Shown: positions 38,730-52,278 of the stretch, piece after piece
Numbering within the stretch: the stretch's first letter is position 1
How the letters are laid out: each line of letters starts with the position of its first letter
Source: Basidiobolus meristosporus CBS 931.73
Taxonomy: Eukaryota; Fungi; Basidiobolomycota
Direction of reading: 5' to 3'
DNA length: 64,000 nucleotides
NCBI GenBank assembly: GCA_002104905.1
Contig: MCFE01000119.1
Coordinates: 62,001-126,000, forward strand
Program-made: the position numbers and the translations under genes
The notes under the pieces: model-generated
The model's database searches: none
Seen by the model: only the letters and a program-made list of their open reading frames with translations
What the model was told of the DNA's origin: nothing

Positions 38730-41160
38730 CCTATAGAGATTTTATAAGCTTGCAGCCCAAATGGTAGTTATCTTAGTCAAAATGCCATCAGGCAGATTCA
38801 TGTTCAGGTCCTCATCAAGTTCTCCATTCAAAAATGCTGTATCTACATCCATTTGTTGAATAAAAGACGTATTTTTGGCTGCAATATCTAGTATTAGTCT
38901 GATGGAGTTAGACTTGGTGACTGGTGCAAAGGTTTCAATATGGTCCAATTCTTTTGTTTGAAAGTATTCTTTGGCCACAAGTTTTTTGCTCTGTCTTTCA
39001 TCTGTAACTTCAGCCTTGTACTGTGTCTTGAAGACATATTTGCATCCAATTAATTTTTGGTTGTTGAGGAAATTGACCAAGTCCCAAGTTTGATTTACCA
39101 TCAGGGCTTGTGGTTCCTCAGTGATTGCAGATCTCCAAAAGCTTGTTAGAGGGCTGTTTCTGGCCTCTTTGACAGTCTGTGGCTAATCAATATCAACTGA
39201 ATAGGCATAGGCTAAGTTTGAACCCTGATTGATATAAAGATTTGGGTTATTTCTGGTTCAGTTGGACATCATGCCATCTCATATTGAGGAAATCACCTGG
39301 AGGATACTCCTGGGCACTGATTCAGGCTGAGCCATGGTTGTGGAGTCCTCTGGAGTAAATTAATTTCTTTATTTTGCTCTGGCTCAATTTTGACTATTAG
39401 CAGACTTGATATCAGATTTTTGTCATCAACAGATGTTATTTTTTGTTGAATTTAAATACTCACCAAACAACACATCCCTTGACCTGATCAGCTTCTTTGC
39501 TCTGGTGTTGGAATAGCCCAAAAATAAGCATTCTTCACTTATTGACTCAAATTTTGACTCATTTCTGAACAGATTCTTGGCATGTGCTGTGCATCCTTGT
39601 ATTTTTAGATGATCTGCACTTGGTCAGTGTTCATACCATGCCTCAAGTGGTGTTTATTCACAAGCTATTCTGCTGTAGTTCCTATTTTGAGATATATGGC
39701 TATAGCAACTAATTCCACTCAAAAATCATACAATAATATTAATCATAAGTCATGACTTTGGCCATATCAATAGTCAATTTGCTTGCACATTCTGACACAC
39801 CATTTTGCTGTGGGGAGTATGGTACATCAGTCTCTTGCTTATCATGTTAACTTTGCAGTAGTGGATGAAGAGTTTTGAGGTCTATTCTCCAACATTGTCT
39901 GAGCATATTTTCTTGATTCTTTTCACCAGCTTCTCTCTCCACCATTGTTTAGAGCTTCCTGAGCTTCTACAAGGCCTCCTCCTTTCTTTGCATAATGTAG
40001 ATATATATATATCTTATTTAATTATCAATCAAAGTGATTAACAATTCTATCCTGCCGTGGGATAAATTTGCATAGGTCTACACAGATCTGAGTGAGTTAG
40101 ATCTAATTTTATTCTGGTTTTGATTATATCAGAGCTCTTCAGCAAATACCTGGCTTGTTTGCCATATATGCAGGCTTCAAAGTGCTCTAAATTTGCGGGG
40201 GGATCAAGCTTTACTCCAGAAATCAATTGATCCTTGATAATCTAATGCAAATGATCAAAATTAATTCTCCCAAATCTCCTGTCCCAAAGCATTAGTACTT
40301 CTTTATTTATGTTACTAGTATTAGGTCCCATATACAATGGAATATAAGTCAACTTTTATATTCTCTGACCTCTGATACCCAAAGCTTTATGGGCACCATT
40401 TTGATCAGTGATTCTACATTCAGAAGTGTTAAAACTGAAGCTGAGTCCTTCTGCTGTGGTCTTGTTTACAGATAGTGGGCACTTTACTATTTTGGAGCAT
40501 AAAGTACTCCTTTGAAGGTGAGTGTGCAGCTTCCTTCACTAATTCTGAGGCTTACTTGGATAGTTCTGTCATTAATTATGTCCAGTGTTCTATATTCACC
40601 CATGAAAATCATCTTGGATTTTCTTAACATTGGGTTAAAAGTTCCTTTTGGTGTGTAAACTGTTGCAATGCTGCAGAGTCTGAGGATCCTTGTTTGTGGT
40701 CATACTCAGTGTAGACATAAATAGTCTATCATCAGCTATTGCAGCATTTCCTACTTCAGGCTTCTTTTGCTAGATCCATCCAACTTTGCAGCACAGGGAG
40801 AAATTTCAGTAATAGCAGCAGTGGACTTTGCACAGAGTGACAGCTTGGTACTCATATCCTGCTGTAGCAGTCTTGGAGATATTGGAAGTGATTGGGAGAC
40901 CAAGTAGATTATGCAGCTTTCACATATTGATTCATTGAAAGTAAAAGCAGTATTTAAGGTCCTAAGAATGTGTGTACAAAGTTAGGGGCTGTTTGGACAA
41001 CTTTGAGAATTTTCATGTTCTGGCTACCTAATGTTCTGGTTAAAATATTCTAAGAAAGTCCCAATAAGTAATTTGGTCCGTATTTTCTAATATTTGTTGG
41101 TAATGATCTAAATGACTAGGTTAGGTGAATAGTTGGGTGGTATTACAAACTTTTACAGTA
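38730..41160 (-). mobile_element. Degenerate Copia family 1-like element (5' LTR ~40860-41160, deleted gag, IN, partial RT)
   Basis: ORF 38742-39101 QMDVDTAFLNGEL; nucleotide similarity to the intact copy; decayed PBS next to the LTR. Confidence 0.85.
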
Positions 41161-41630
41161 ATTTTAGGTGGCAACATATTTTGGTAAATAATTGCCTGGC
41201 AATCATACAAAATGATTTATTTTTTTATAATTCAGGATATGATCCTATCCAAAAGCTTGTCCAACAGTCCTGTGGACTATATGAGCACAAAGTCAATATA
41301 TTTCACTGTAGATCTGGGCCCTAAATTATTGGTACTATGCAATTTTCTTCAGATGTGGCAGATCACCAATATACTACATATCTTGATATATTCATATGCC
41401 AATTTGGTAGGCTCATCTTCATGACTAGCATGAATAATTATGACAAGTGTCTTTTGAAGGCAAGGCCTCCTTGTCCATAGCAACATCCTCATTAGAATAG
41501 TCCTTTAGTAGCAGTAGTCATCTTTGACTTTTAGAAGAACAATAGTGCCAAAAGTCTTTCTCCAGACTGGCAGAAACAGATTCAAAGCAAAGTGAATTCC
41601 AAGAGGACAGCAGGCTTAGGGCTCATAACC

Positions 41631-41979
41631 TGTTGCAATATTCTGAGAAGTATTGGAAGTGGTGTGGAATACTAGATGATTTAAATGTTATTTACTGGCA
41701 GATTTACTGATTGACAGTATGTTATTTATATGTTCAATAAAGTAGAGCAAAAAAACAAACAGAGTTAGTTAAAGAGGATCCCAAGAGTATGTGTGCAAAG
41801 TTTGGGGTCTTTTGAAGCTCTTGGAGAAAGGTAATAATCTGAGTACCAGATAAATTGGTTAAAATATTCTATGTAATTCCCAACAAGAAATTTTGTCAGG
41901 ACAGAATACTAATTCCAGAGTAAGATCTATGTCACTAAGTTGGCATGAATATCTAGGTGACAACTTCAATACTACAACA
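41631..41979 (-). repeat. Copia 5' LTR (349 bp) with PBS and decayed internal sequence to about 41170
   Basis: TGTTG...CAACA ends; the minus strand continues GGTTATGAGCCCT. Confidence 0.8.
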
Positions 41980-43536
41980 GTTTTTACAAAATGATTTATT
42001 GAATGTTAAAGTAATAATGTTACTTCTAAATAAACTTTGCAAAAATGGCATTGAGAATATGTCTTAAAGGTCCCAAAAGCATGTGTGCAAAACTTGTGGT
42101 TGTTTCAATAGATTTGAGAAATCTCATGTTTTAGGTATTGTAAGAGTCTTGGAGATATTGGAAGTGATGTGGGAGTACAAGTGGATTATGTGTTTTTCAC
42201 TCAATCATTTATTGAATGTAAAAGTAGTATTTATACATTTACATGTTCTTGGCATTATCATCACATAGAAAAAGTTAAGGAAGGTCTCAAGTACATGTGT
42301 GCAAAGTATGGGGCTGTTAGGACAACTTTGAGAATTTTCATGTACTGGGTACTTTGTATTTTGGTAAAAATATTCTAAGCAAATGCCAACAAGGAATTTG
42401 GTCAGTATTCTCTATAATTTGGAGGTAATGATCTAAGTGACTAAGTTGAGTGAATATATAGGTGGAATAACAAATTTTTACAACACTCCCACTTAGCTGA
42501 ATTTTCACACTGACTAGTCCAAATTTTGACCAAAAATTTTCAAACTTGTCTCTAGCCAATGGTTTGGTAAATATTGTTGTAAAAATTTGTAATTCCACCT
42601 GAATATTCACTCAGCTTAGTCACTTAAATCATTACCTTCCAATCCTAGAGAATACTGACCAAATTCCTTGTTGGGATTTATTTAAAATTTTTTCACCAAA
42701 ATACCAGGTACCCAGAACATGAAAATTCTAAAAGTTGTCCAAACAGCCCCAAACTTTGTACACATGTTCTTGGGACCTTCCATAACCTATTCTACATGTT
42801 TGTTATGCCAAGACCATGTAAAAGTATAAATACTACTTTTACATTCAATAGATCATTTAGTGAAAACCGCATAATCTACTTGTCCTTCCAGTCACTTCCA
42901 ATATCTCCAAGACTCTTACAACAAGTTATGAACCCTGAGCTGTCACTCTCAGGAATGTCTACCACTGCTATTACTTGAATTTTTCCTTCTGCTAAAAAGT
43001 TGGATAGATCTAACTACTAAGTGTGGAAGGTGAAGGGGAAGATGCTGTTATAAGAAAGAGGCCTTTGAGATACTGTCATGGGAGAAAATGCCCTCCTAAC
43101 AGTGTGGAAGAGGAAGCCTTTAAGTACCAGAAGAAAGAACAAAGTGCCTTCAAAAGCATTTGCATTAATGTTGAAGACAAATTGCTAATTCAATGCTCAA
43201 GAGCAAAAACAGCAAAGAATGCCTGGAAGGCATTGAAGACACCTACCAGTCATGTTCAGCTGCTAAGAAAATGTATCTGCGGCAAAAATTCTTTGCTACA
43301 AAGATGTTGCCAGGAGAAGATATGAAAAACCTAGCTAACAGAATTACCATGCTGGTAGAGGAGATGGAATCTGTGGGTGTACCAACTACTGATGAGGATG
43401 TGATAGTTACCATCCTGAATAGCCTGACAGACAGGTTTCAGGACCTTGTATCAGCCCTAGAGTCCAGAACTGAAGATTTGGCCTTAAATTACTTATTTAG
43501 AAGGCTCCTGGTTGAAGAATTAAGAAAATCAAGCGC

Positions 43537-46500
43537 TGTGGTGGTGTATAAGTCCAAGGGAGAGTTACATCCAACACTTCTCAAGTGTTTTGTGTGTGGG
43601 GTGTTCACCGGGTGCAATAATCTCTGGCAAAAGCTTGCTAGGGATACTTGGGTTCTGTCTCTAATCTAATGTGATGGGGAATAAAGCCACAAGCTTGTCA
43701 TGGAAAAACTATTGAGCTACAATCCCTTACTTGGTTGGCATCTTAACAAAAGTATGTGCTGGGTTCAGCATCCTTTGAGATGACAATGTACTAAAGCTTC
43801 CAAAGTCAAAACAACTGTAAACTCCACCAGCAGGGACTTGATAAGCATGCAGCTGTGGTCAATAGTTACAAAGAAAGAAAAGTATCTTTGCCTGTACAAG
43901 AACAAACTTGGGAAATAATCAAATATAATAAAAGATACCTACTCTGAGTATTCCTTGCTAGTAGTGCCTCCAAGGTCAGTTGGCTGTCAGTGTGGTTTCC
44001 TGGGAATATTCTGTGGTCTGGGGTTGGAAGTTCAGGTAGCAACAAGTGAGGGATAGCCTCCCTTATACACTTTTCTTACTGGCTAAGTGATTACTAATCA
44101 TGGTGTTGCTAAAGGTTCCAGATATCAATAGAAATCTTGATGACATCAGAATGACCTAAGAATGTTCTAAGTAGGTGCCAGAAGTTTCTAAGAGGCACAG
44201 CACAGCCAATCAATCAGAAATCAGTACTCTGAAACCTGTGTAACCTAGGGATACCATATATGGTATGGAAATGGTAGGGATGGTGATACAGGTTGATCAT
44301 GTGTCACAGGAACTGGCACGGGTGCTTGCTCAATGTAGAAGCACTTACTGCTAGTAACTTCACATAAAGTGGGGGATAACTTATGCAATAAGGTAAGCAG
44401 GTGTGATAGTCAACTGGCTGATGGGATAGTACTGATGAGGTAAGACAAATGGGTTCAAACTGAAATAAGGGTAGTAGAGGAATAGGGAAGTAGAAAATGT
44501 GGGAATGAGCACATCTGTCAGTGGGTGTCACTGTTGCCCCACTACATTCACCCCCCTCTCAGCTTTGAGCTTGGGTCAAAGCAAACTAATCTTGATGTGC
44601 AAAATTCCTATTCTTAAATAACTTAAGTTGGTTTGCCGCAACTGGTGCTCTCAACTGGGTGTTGTCAAGCTCAGATATGTAATAACTTCCATTTCTAATC
44701 ACTTTAGAAATGATGTCAGGGCCAGTCCATTTGTTGTCAAACTTCTAACTCCATTGTTTGCACAAGGTGGAGTCATAAAGAAATGCTGGGTCTCCTAGTG
44801 ATAGTGTTTTTGGTCTTGTTGAGTGTGATTTGTCAAAGGGCACTTTGTTCTTCAGTTGTGTATACTTAAGTTGTTCAGCAGCTCTGTTGATATTCAGGTC
44901 ATGGTGATCAAGTCACTGTGTGCAAGTTGCCAGGAGGTCTTCAGTCTGCATATTGGATCTCCAATTCATTGAGTTCTAAGTGACAATGTTTAAGTCAACT
45001 GGTAGTATGCAGTCATGTCCATAGAGTAGCTTGAATGGCAATAATCCAGTTGTTTTCTTGGTAGTAATTCTATCTGCCCAGAGTGCAAGATGTAATTGCT
45101 GTGGCCACAGTGTTGTGTTATTCTCACAGGTCTTGACAAGAGAGTTCACCAATGGTCTATGTGCTCTCTCTATCACTCCATTGGCTTGAGGGCAGTAAGT
45201 TGTAGTAAAAGCAATGTGTATCTTGTACTTTGAGCACAACTCCTGGATCATTTGGGATGTCATCTCTCCACTGTCAGCTACAAACTGTTGGATGCAGCCA
45301 AATCTGCAGATAATGTCTTCAAGTATAAATCTTCATATTGTATGGCTCTTGTTGTTTGGTAAGGCTTGAGCCTCTGCCCATCCACTAAGGTCATCTCTAG
45401 CAACAATCAGGTACTTTTTTGATCTAGCTGTTGGCATGTGGACAAGGTCAATACCAACCTTTTGCCATAGACAGATTGTGTAAGTAGGATGTAGTGGTTC
45501 TTCATAATGCTTGGAGGATCTCTTCTGGCAGGCTACACATGATTCAACAAAGTGTTGGATATTATAGTACATGTTTTCCCAGTGGTACCTCTGAGTTGTG
45601 GTATTTTAGGTTGCTTCTTGTCCTCTATGCCCACCTGGTTCTCCTTGGTGGATACTTGTCAGGATGCTCAGTTGCTCTTGTGGGGTAGTGACTACTCTTC
45701 TTGGCATAAGTCCAGGCTTCTCTTGTTTAAAGAGAAGAGCGTCTTTGAGATAGTAGTGGTGTGCCTTCTTTCTGAGTTTTCTAAAGTCCTGAATTTCCAT
45801 CCAACTAGGTTTCTTGAGTGTCCTTAGATATTCCTTGATCAGATTCCAGGTAGTTCTCTCTTGGTCTTGGATGGCAATCTATTGGATCTCTGCATCAATA
45901 ATATCTTCAAAGTGAGGGTCCAAGTCTTCAAATAATTGTGGTCCCTTCCTGGAGAGTGTATTGGCCACAACATTTGTCTTGCCAGGGATATGTCTGACCT
46001 CAAAGTCAAACATTCTCAGCCATGCCATCCATTGGTTTGTGGCACCATTGGGTAGGTCAGGCTTGTTGATCATTTGTATAAGTGGCTTGGCACCTGTCTC
46101 CAGGATGAAATGTGTCATGTAGAGTTGTGACTTCAGCTACCTTGGCATCTTCACAACTCCAAGTTGCTCTCTCTTAATCTGTGAGTATCTTTGTTCTCTA
46201 GGAGAGAGTAGGCAGCTTTCATATCTGCAGGCATAGCAGTTACCATCTTCATCATCTTGGCCAAGTAGTGCTCCAGCTCCTATAGGGCTTGCATCCACTG
46301 TGAGAATAGGTGGGTATTCAGTGTTCTGATGGTCAAGAGGTCTTAGATATGGTGGAGATACTAAGGCCTCTTTCAGTAATTGCATGGCTTCTTCTTGCTC
46401 TTCTCCCCAGATAAATGGGGTATTCTTTCTCTGTAGTCAGTAGATTAGTTCTGCTATCTCAGAAAATTTTGGGATCCAGATCCTAAAGAACCCACAAGCT

Positions 46501-49500
46501 GCCACAAAGCCATGAGCTTGTGTTAGATTTGTGGGGGTAGGCCAGTTGTATATCTTTTGTGTCTTGGAGTTTCCAAGTGAACAACTAAAGGTGTTGCATT
46601 TTTGTCCAACAATGGATATCTCTGATACACCAAAACTGCTTTCCTCACCACTGATGGTGAGTCCAGCTTCTTCAATGGCTTCATATATGGCATCATTGTC
46701 TGAAATATGGTCATAGACAAACTTTCTTATTCCAGGCATAACTTCAGTGGTGTCCTGGATTTCTAGTCCTTTGATGCCTATGTCATCAACAAAAACAGCA
46801 GGTTTCTCAGGTATAAACTAGTACAGCACATATGCCATGCATCTCTGGAACTGAGCCACAAAGTTTGTAGCTCCTTGGCTGAGTCTTGTCATCCTTAACA
46901 GTCCAAATGGTGTCTGTAGTGCAAACATATCTCTTTATGTCTCATCAAGGGGGATCTGGTCATATCCTGAGATTGTATGTTGAGTAGATGTAGTGGCCAC
47001 TAAAGCTTTCAGCAAAGTCATCAATAGATGGATGTATAGCAGCATCCCTGATAGTGACAGCATTTGCAGGTTGCATGTCTTGAATGAATTGGAGCTTTCC
47101 ATTCTTCTTTTTTGTCACATAACATCTGTTAGCATAAGGTCCATGGCAAGGTTCTAGGATACCAGCTTCTATCTTCTTCTTAAGTAGGTCATGCACATCA
47201 GCTTGGAGTCCTCTGGGCAGTGGGTAAGGCTTAAATGACCAGGGTGTGTGGGGCACTGTATGAATCTTGAAAGGTTTTTCAACCAATGTCTTTAAGAGTC
47301 CCATCTCCTTGTCATTATATGAGAAGACCTTGTCATACCTTTTCAAGGTTTCTTCAAATAATAGTATCTCCTCTGGTGTTGGGTTTCCATCACCAATGAT
47401 AAGTTGCTTAATTCTTGCAGGTGTAAGTTTTATATCTTCTGGTATTTCTTCTGGTGGTCTAATGTAATCAGCAGGTTGAGATCCATCAGTCAAAGGTGTA
47501 AGTGATGGTCTAATCTTCTGTTCTACTGTCTTGTATTTTGTTTGAACCATAGCTGTCTGCTCCTGTATACCTAATGAGCAGCTCCAAATGGTGGGGTGTA
47601 TATTGTCAGGCTCCTCATCTTCTTCTATAACAAGATGTGGTCTTCCAGCAAGCAGTATGTGTCCTGTTATTGCTGGGTGTTACACCACAGAAGGTTGACT
47701 ATAGTTCTGGGTTGGATCCTTGTATAGTGTTCTATACTGATCCATTGGAATAGTTGGTAGTTGTAGCCTTGGTACTGGTTTCCCACGGTCTACCTAGCAG
47801 AAGGTCAAAGTTTGCCTTCTGGCAGATGAAGAGGGGAAGCCAGACCTTGATTTCTTGTACCTCAAGAGAGAACTTGTGCATTACACCATAGAGTGGACTA
47901 TATCCTGAGTTTGCATCAGTCATGTTCCATCCAATACCTCTATCAACAGGCAGCAGCTCCTTGCTTCTGAGTGACTTCCAGAAGTCTAGCAGCATAACAC
48001 AAATCTCTGAACCACTGTCAATATGACAGTCAACAGGGTCATCATATATATATCCTTTCACTACAGCAGTTGCAACTTAGTAAAAGGTCTTATATTCAGT
48101 AGTGCTGTCATCCTTTTGGTGGTCTTCATGGTTTGTCAAACTATATGGGTGTCCATATGTTCAATGGCTTGTTGTCTTGGTCTAAGCTGCTCATCAAAGG
48201 TCTTCCTAACAGATGGGGATACACTCAGGATTTCTCCAACCAATAAAGTAAGGTTCTGTTTCAGCAGCTTCTCAGTAATCAGTTGAGGGCTTGAGTAGCT
48301 TGCTATCTTTGAGGTCATCTGAAAGTGAGGTAATAGATCTTGGGTGGGCAGCATACTAGGCCTCTTGTTGATGGCAACTTCAGGTTCTTCAAATTGTGGT
48401 CTTCTAAGGATTGGTTTGGCAGGTAATTCAGGGAGGTATCTTTTGGTAGCAAAGGCATCAACTTTGTATTGTCTATTGTCAGTGCTATTCAGACTCACTG
48501 TATGGGTCCCAGTAGGGGCATCAACAGTTATCTTTCTGGTTGCTGAGTTAGATTTCTGGAAAAGAGCTCTCATCCCTCCTCTTTGGAATTTAGTGGGAAT
48601 CCTTCATCCTTCCTTGTCAGCAAGCATTCCATCAGCATCAAACTGTACTATTCCTTCTCTAAGTAGCTGACTAAGCTCAGTGCATTCTTGTCTGGCATGC
48701 TGAGTAGAGTTACACCAGATGCAGTGTCTTGGCAAAGGTCTTTGGCCCTCAGTAGCTACCACAGCTGAGCCATTAATCTTGAGGGCTAGCGTTTGTAGCT
48801 GTTCAGCAAGTTGGTCAATTCTGTTGGTAGTGTAGGTCTGATTGTCAGCAACAGCACTCCTTGGCTCCTTGGCTGACTGGTATGGCAGATTAGATGTCAG
48901 GAGTCTCATAAAGGTGGAAGTTTGCTTTGCCTCTAGGAGAACACATTTCATCTCTGCAAAGCAAGGAATGCTAGACATGTCATCCTTGGCTGCATGTAAG
49001 TCAACTTTCCTTGCCAAGTCCTGGGGCAGCCCTTGTTCAAGGTAAAGTGTCATGGTAAACTCAGTTATAGCCTGGGACTCAAGGAGTGGCTTGGCCATAT
49101 CTTCATATTGTTGAATGAACTCTTTAGTAGTAGCTTGGAAAGTCTAGTCCTTCCAAAATGTCTGAGGTCTTTAATTCCATAGTATATCTGGGGTCTCCCA
49201 TACTTGGTCTCTAGGTAGGTCTTCATTAAGACCTAGTCAGTGAGAATTTTTCCTTGGCTAAGAAGCTTAGTGGTAATATCATTGTTGCAGTAGTAGGGAA
49301 AGTCTTCAGCCATTTCTTGTTCAGATAGGCTGCACATCTTGCAAAGCTTCTCCCATTTGAATATGAAGCTTTCCACATTCTTTCCATCAAACTAGGGAGC
49401 TCCATGTGAGAATGGTTATGGCATAGAGTTCAGCTTGGGCAGGTTGGTTGGTATTGTAATCTTGATAATATCAGTAGTCTCTTTTCAATAAGTGGATAAC

Positions 49501-50647
49501 AGCTCAAATCTTCAGGTAAATCTTTTTGTGCCCTAGGGAGCTTGTATGAACCCCCCACACTTGGTGCCAAGTATGTGGTGGTGTATAAGTCCAAGGGAGA
49601 GATACATCCAACACTTCTCAAGTTTTTTATGTGTGGGGTGTTCACTGGGTGCAATAACCTCTGGCAAAAGCTTGCTAGGGATACTTGGGTTCTGTCTCTA
49701 ATCTTATGAGATGGGGAATAAAGCCACAAGCTTGCCAAGGGAAAAATATTCAGCTACAAACCCCTACTTAGTAGGCATCTTAACAAAAGTATGTGCTGGG
49801 TTCAGCATCCTTTGAGATGACAATGTACTAAAGCTTCCAAAGTCAAAACAACTGTAAACTCCACCAGCAGGGACTTGATAAGAATGCAGCTGTGTTCAAT
49901 AGTTACAAAGACAGAAAAGTATCTTTGCCTGTACAAGAACAAACCTAGGAAAGAATCAAATATAATAAAAGATACCTACTCTGAGTATTCCTTACAAGTA
50001 GTGCCTCCATGGTTGGTTGGCTGTCAGTGTGGTTTCCAGGGAGTGTCCTGTGGTCTGGGGTTGGAAATTCAGGTAGCAGCAGGTAGCAGTGATCACACTA
50101 ATCAACAAGTTGGTATATTGATAAAAGGGATGATGATCAATTGTTGAGGAATAGCCTCCCTTATAGACTTTTCTTACAGGCTAAGTGATTACTAATCATG
50201 GTGTTGCCAAAGGTTCCAGATATCAATAGAAATCTTGATGACATCAGAATGACCTAAGAATGTTCTAAGTAGGTGCCAGAAGTTTCTAAGAGGCACAGCA
50301 CATCCAACCAATCAGAAATCAGTACTCTGAAACCTGTGTAACTTAGGGATACCATATATGGTATGGAAATGGTAGGGATGGTTATACAGGTTCATCATGT
50401 GTCATGGGTACTGGTGCAGGTACCTGCCTAATATAGGAGCACTTGCTGCTAGTAAACTCACATAAAGTGAGGGATAACTTATGCAATAAGGTAACCAGGT
50501 GTGAGAGTCAACCAGCTTATGGGATAGTACTGATCAGGTAAGACAAATGGGTTAAAACTGAAATAAGGGTAGTAGAGACATAGGGAAGTAGAAAATATGG
50601 GAATGAGCACATCTGTCAGTGGGTGTCACTGTCACCCCACTACCGCA
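43537..50647 (-). mobile_element. Full-length degenerate Ty3/Gypsy element with both LTRs (49574-50647, 43537-44545)
   Basis: LTR pair; PPT GAGGGGGGGTGAA; imperfect GCGC/GCAC TSD in Copia gag; order gag (CIWCNSTQHARQEC), PR (HIDSGSEI), RT, RH (VDASPIGAGA), IN (GIDLVHM, QANGVIER). Confidence 0.92.
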
Positions 50648-51034
50648 CCAATAAGAATGAAGATGAAAATGCTTTAATAAGCAATGACAATCAGCAATGG
50701 AGGTAGCTAAGACCCTTCAAAGGCAACAGCAACCTGTTTTGTAACTACTGCAAAAGGAAAGGACACACATCAGACCAGGGCCTCAAAAAGAAAGATAATC
50801 ATCAAAAGAAGCCTGAATATGGAAATGCTGCAACAACTAAAGATAGACTATAGACTTGTTCCATTGGATAGTGCCACATAGTGCCAGCCTGTTTATGGTG
50901 CCGGATCAATCTGGCACTCTACGGCACTATCTGGCACAATAATTTCTACCATGATGCCTGTGGTATGATACAGCTACTGGTAATTTTACTCAATCTTACT
51001 TATGTTGCTCAGAATAGTGCTTTCCTTGCTTTAT

Positions 51035-51919
51035 TTACTCTTCATAATGCTCCAGACACATTTCTCTCAGTGGATGTGTTCTTGTATGAACATACTGTGC
51101 ATTAATAAGTATCTTAACTATTTTACCTATTCTGCTGCTTTCTCCTATATATGACTTTCCTCTGTATTTACCTGCCAATATGCTGAATCTCTTCAGATAT
51201 CCAAATGTGTGCTCTACCCTTACTCTGAAATGATTAAATATCTCATTGTAGAGCTTCTGCTTCCTGCTAAGTACACCATTCCTTGGCTTACTATCAGCTG
51301 TAATACATCCTAATCTCTGACAATCCTCTCCTATATAAGCTAAGTCTGCCATACATTTCTCCCCTCTACTGAATTCAGGATGATTCTCTACCCAGAGTGC
51401 TTTGTCATGCCTACTTCCAGCAAATGGCCCACTAAACCAGATGATGTTACCCTCAATGTCAGACAGTGCTTGAAACTTCACACAGTGTGCCTTGTACTTG
51501 CCAGAATAAAAGTGCCTCTGCCCTCTAGAAGGTCTGTTGATCCTCACTGGGAAGGTATCCAAAATACTCCTGATATGGAACCTGTTGCTGAACACTCTGG
51601 GATATGGAAGTCTATTGGAGCTTCTGAACCTAGTATTCCAAGCTTGCTCTAAGTCATTCATACCCTCTGCAAGGTGGTTCTCCATTGCTGTCAGCTGGGA
51701 ATGAAAGCTTCTAGGACTTTTGTTGCCATGGATGGTGGGATGAAACCTTGTAGGGCAATAGTTCTTGTAAAAGCAGAGAAGCTTGACAAGGGATCTCCTT
51801 GAGTAGATTGGGGTTGATGGTCCACAGTACTTGGAATAGATCTCCTCTAGTGTGTCAAAAGGAAATCCAGTGGTAGTGATGGGATTGATGAGAAAAGACC
51901 ATTCAGATGAGTAAGTCAT
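51035..51919 (-). CDS. Harbinger/IS5-like DDE transposase (DDE_Tnp_4 type), 294 aa
   Basis: ILDTFPV, YSGKYKAHCVKFQ, GSRHD, MADLAY and RVRVEHTFGYLKRF; candidate D-D-E triad intact; uninterrupted ORF. Confidence 0.92.
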   Translation of the reverse strand: MTYSSEWSFLINPITTTGFPFDTLEEIYSKYCGPSTPIYSRRSLVKLLCFYKNYCPTRFHPTIHGNKSPRSFHSQLTAMENHLAEGMNDLEQAWNTRFRSSNRLPYPRVFSNRFHIRSILDTFPVRINRPSRGQRHFYSGKYKAHCVKFQALSDIEGNIIWFSGPFAGSRHDKALWVENHPEFSRGEKCMADLAYIGEDCQRLGCITADSKPRNGVLSRKQKLYNEIFNHFRVRVEHTFGYLKRFSILAGKYRGKSYIGESSRIGKIVKILINAQYVHTRTHPLREMCLEHYEE

Positions 51920-52278
51920 ATTAAAATTGGTGGATGATTGTATTAAGGTGGTTTGAATTGATTTGGCACGATCTGCCTTATTTATCTGATTTTTGATATA
52001 TTATGGTTAAATCTCCATCAATTGCCATGTATCCCATCATTATGTCGCAAAAATCATTCGCAAACAATGCCTTAGTACTTTTATTGATGCTTTAATCATA
52101 GGTCTATAATCAAATAGGAAATCTGCAATTGATGTGATCTGATCCGTGTCAACATGATCTGAGATGCATCATGCATAATATATGGAAAATTCAACAATCA
52201 CTTCAGTTTTCATATATATTTCATATAAGACCAGGTTGATGCCAATATACTGCTGTATAAGTATCCAAATCTGTTGCT

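Noticed and set aside
43193-43669. Copia gag ORF with an unusual C-terminus (AVVVYKSKG...)
   Set aside because: The frame reads through the insertion junction into the Gypsy LTR at 43537.
44545-45000. Chromodomain or env-like ORF after the Gypsy integrase
   Set aside because: The integrase ends about 40 bp before the PPT, leaving no room.
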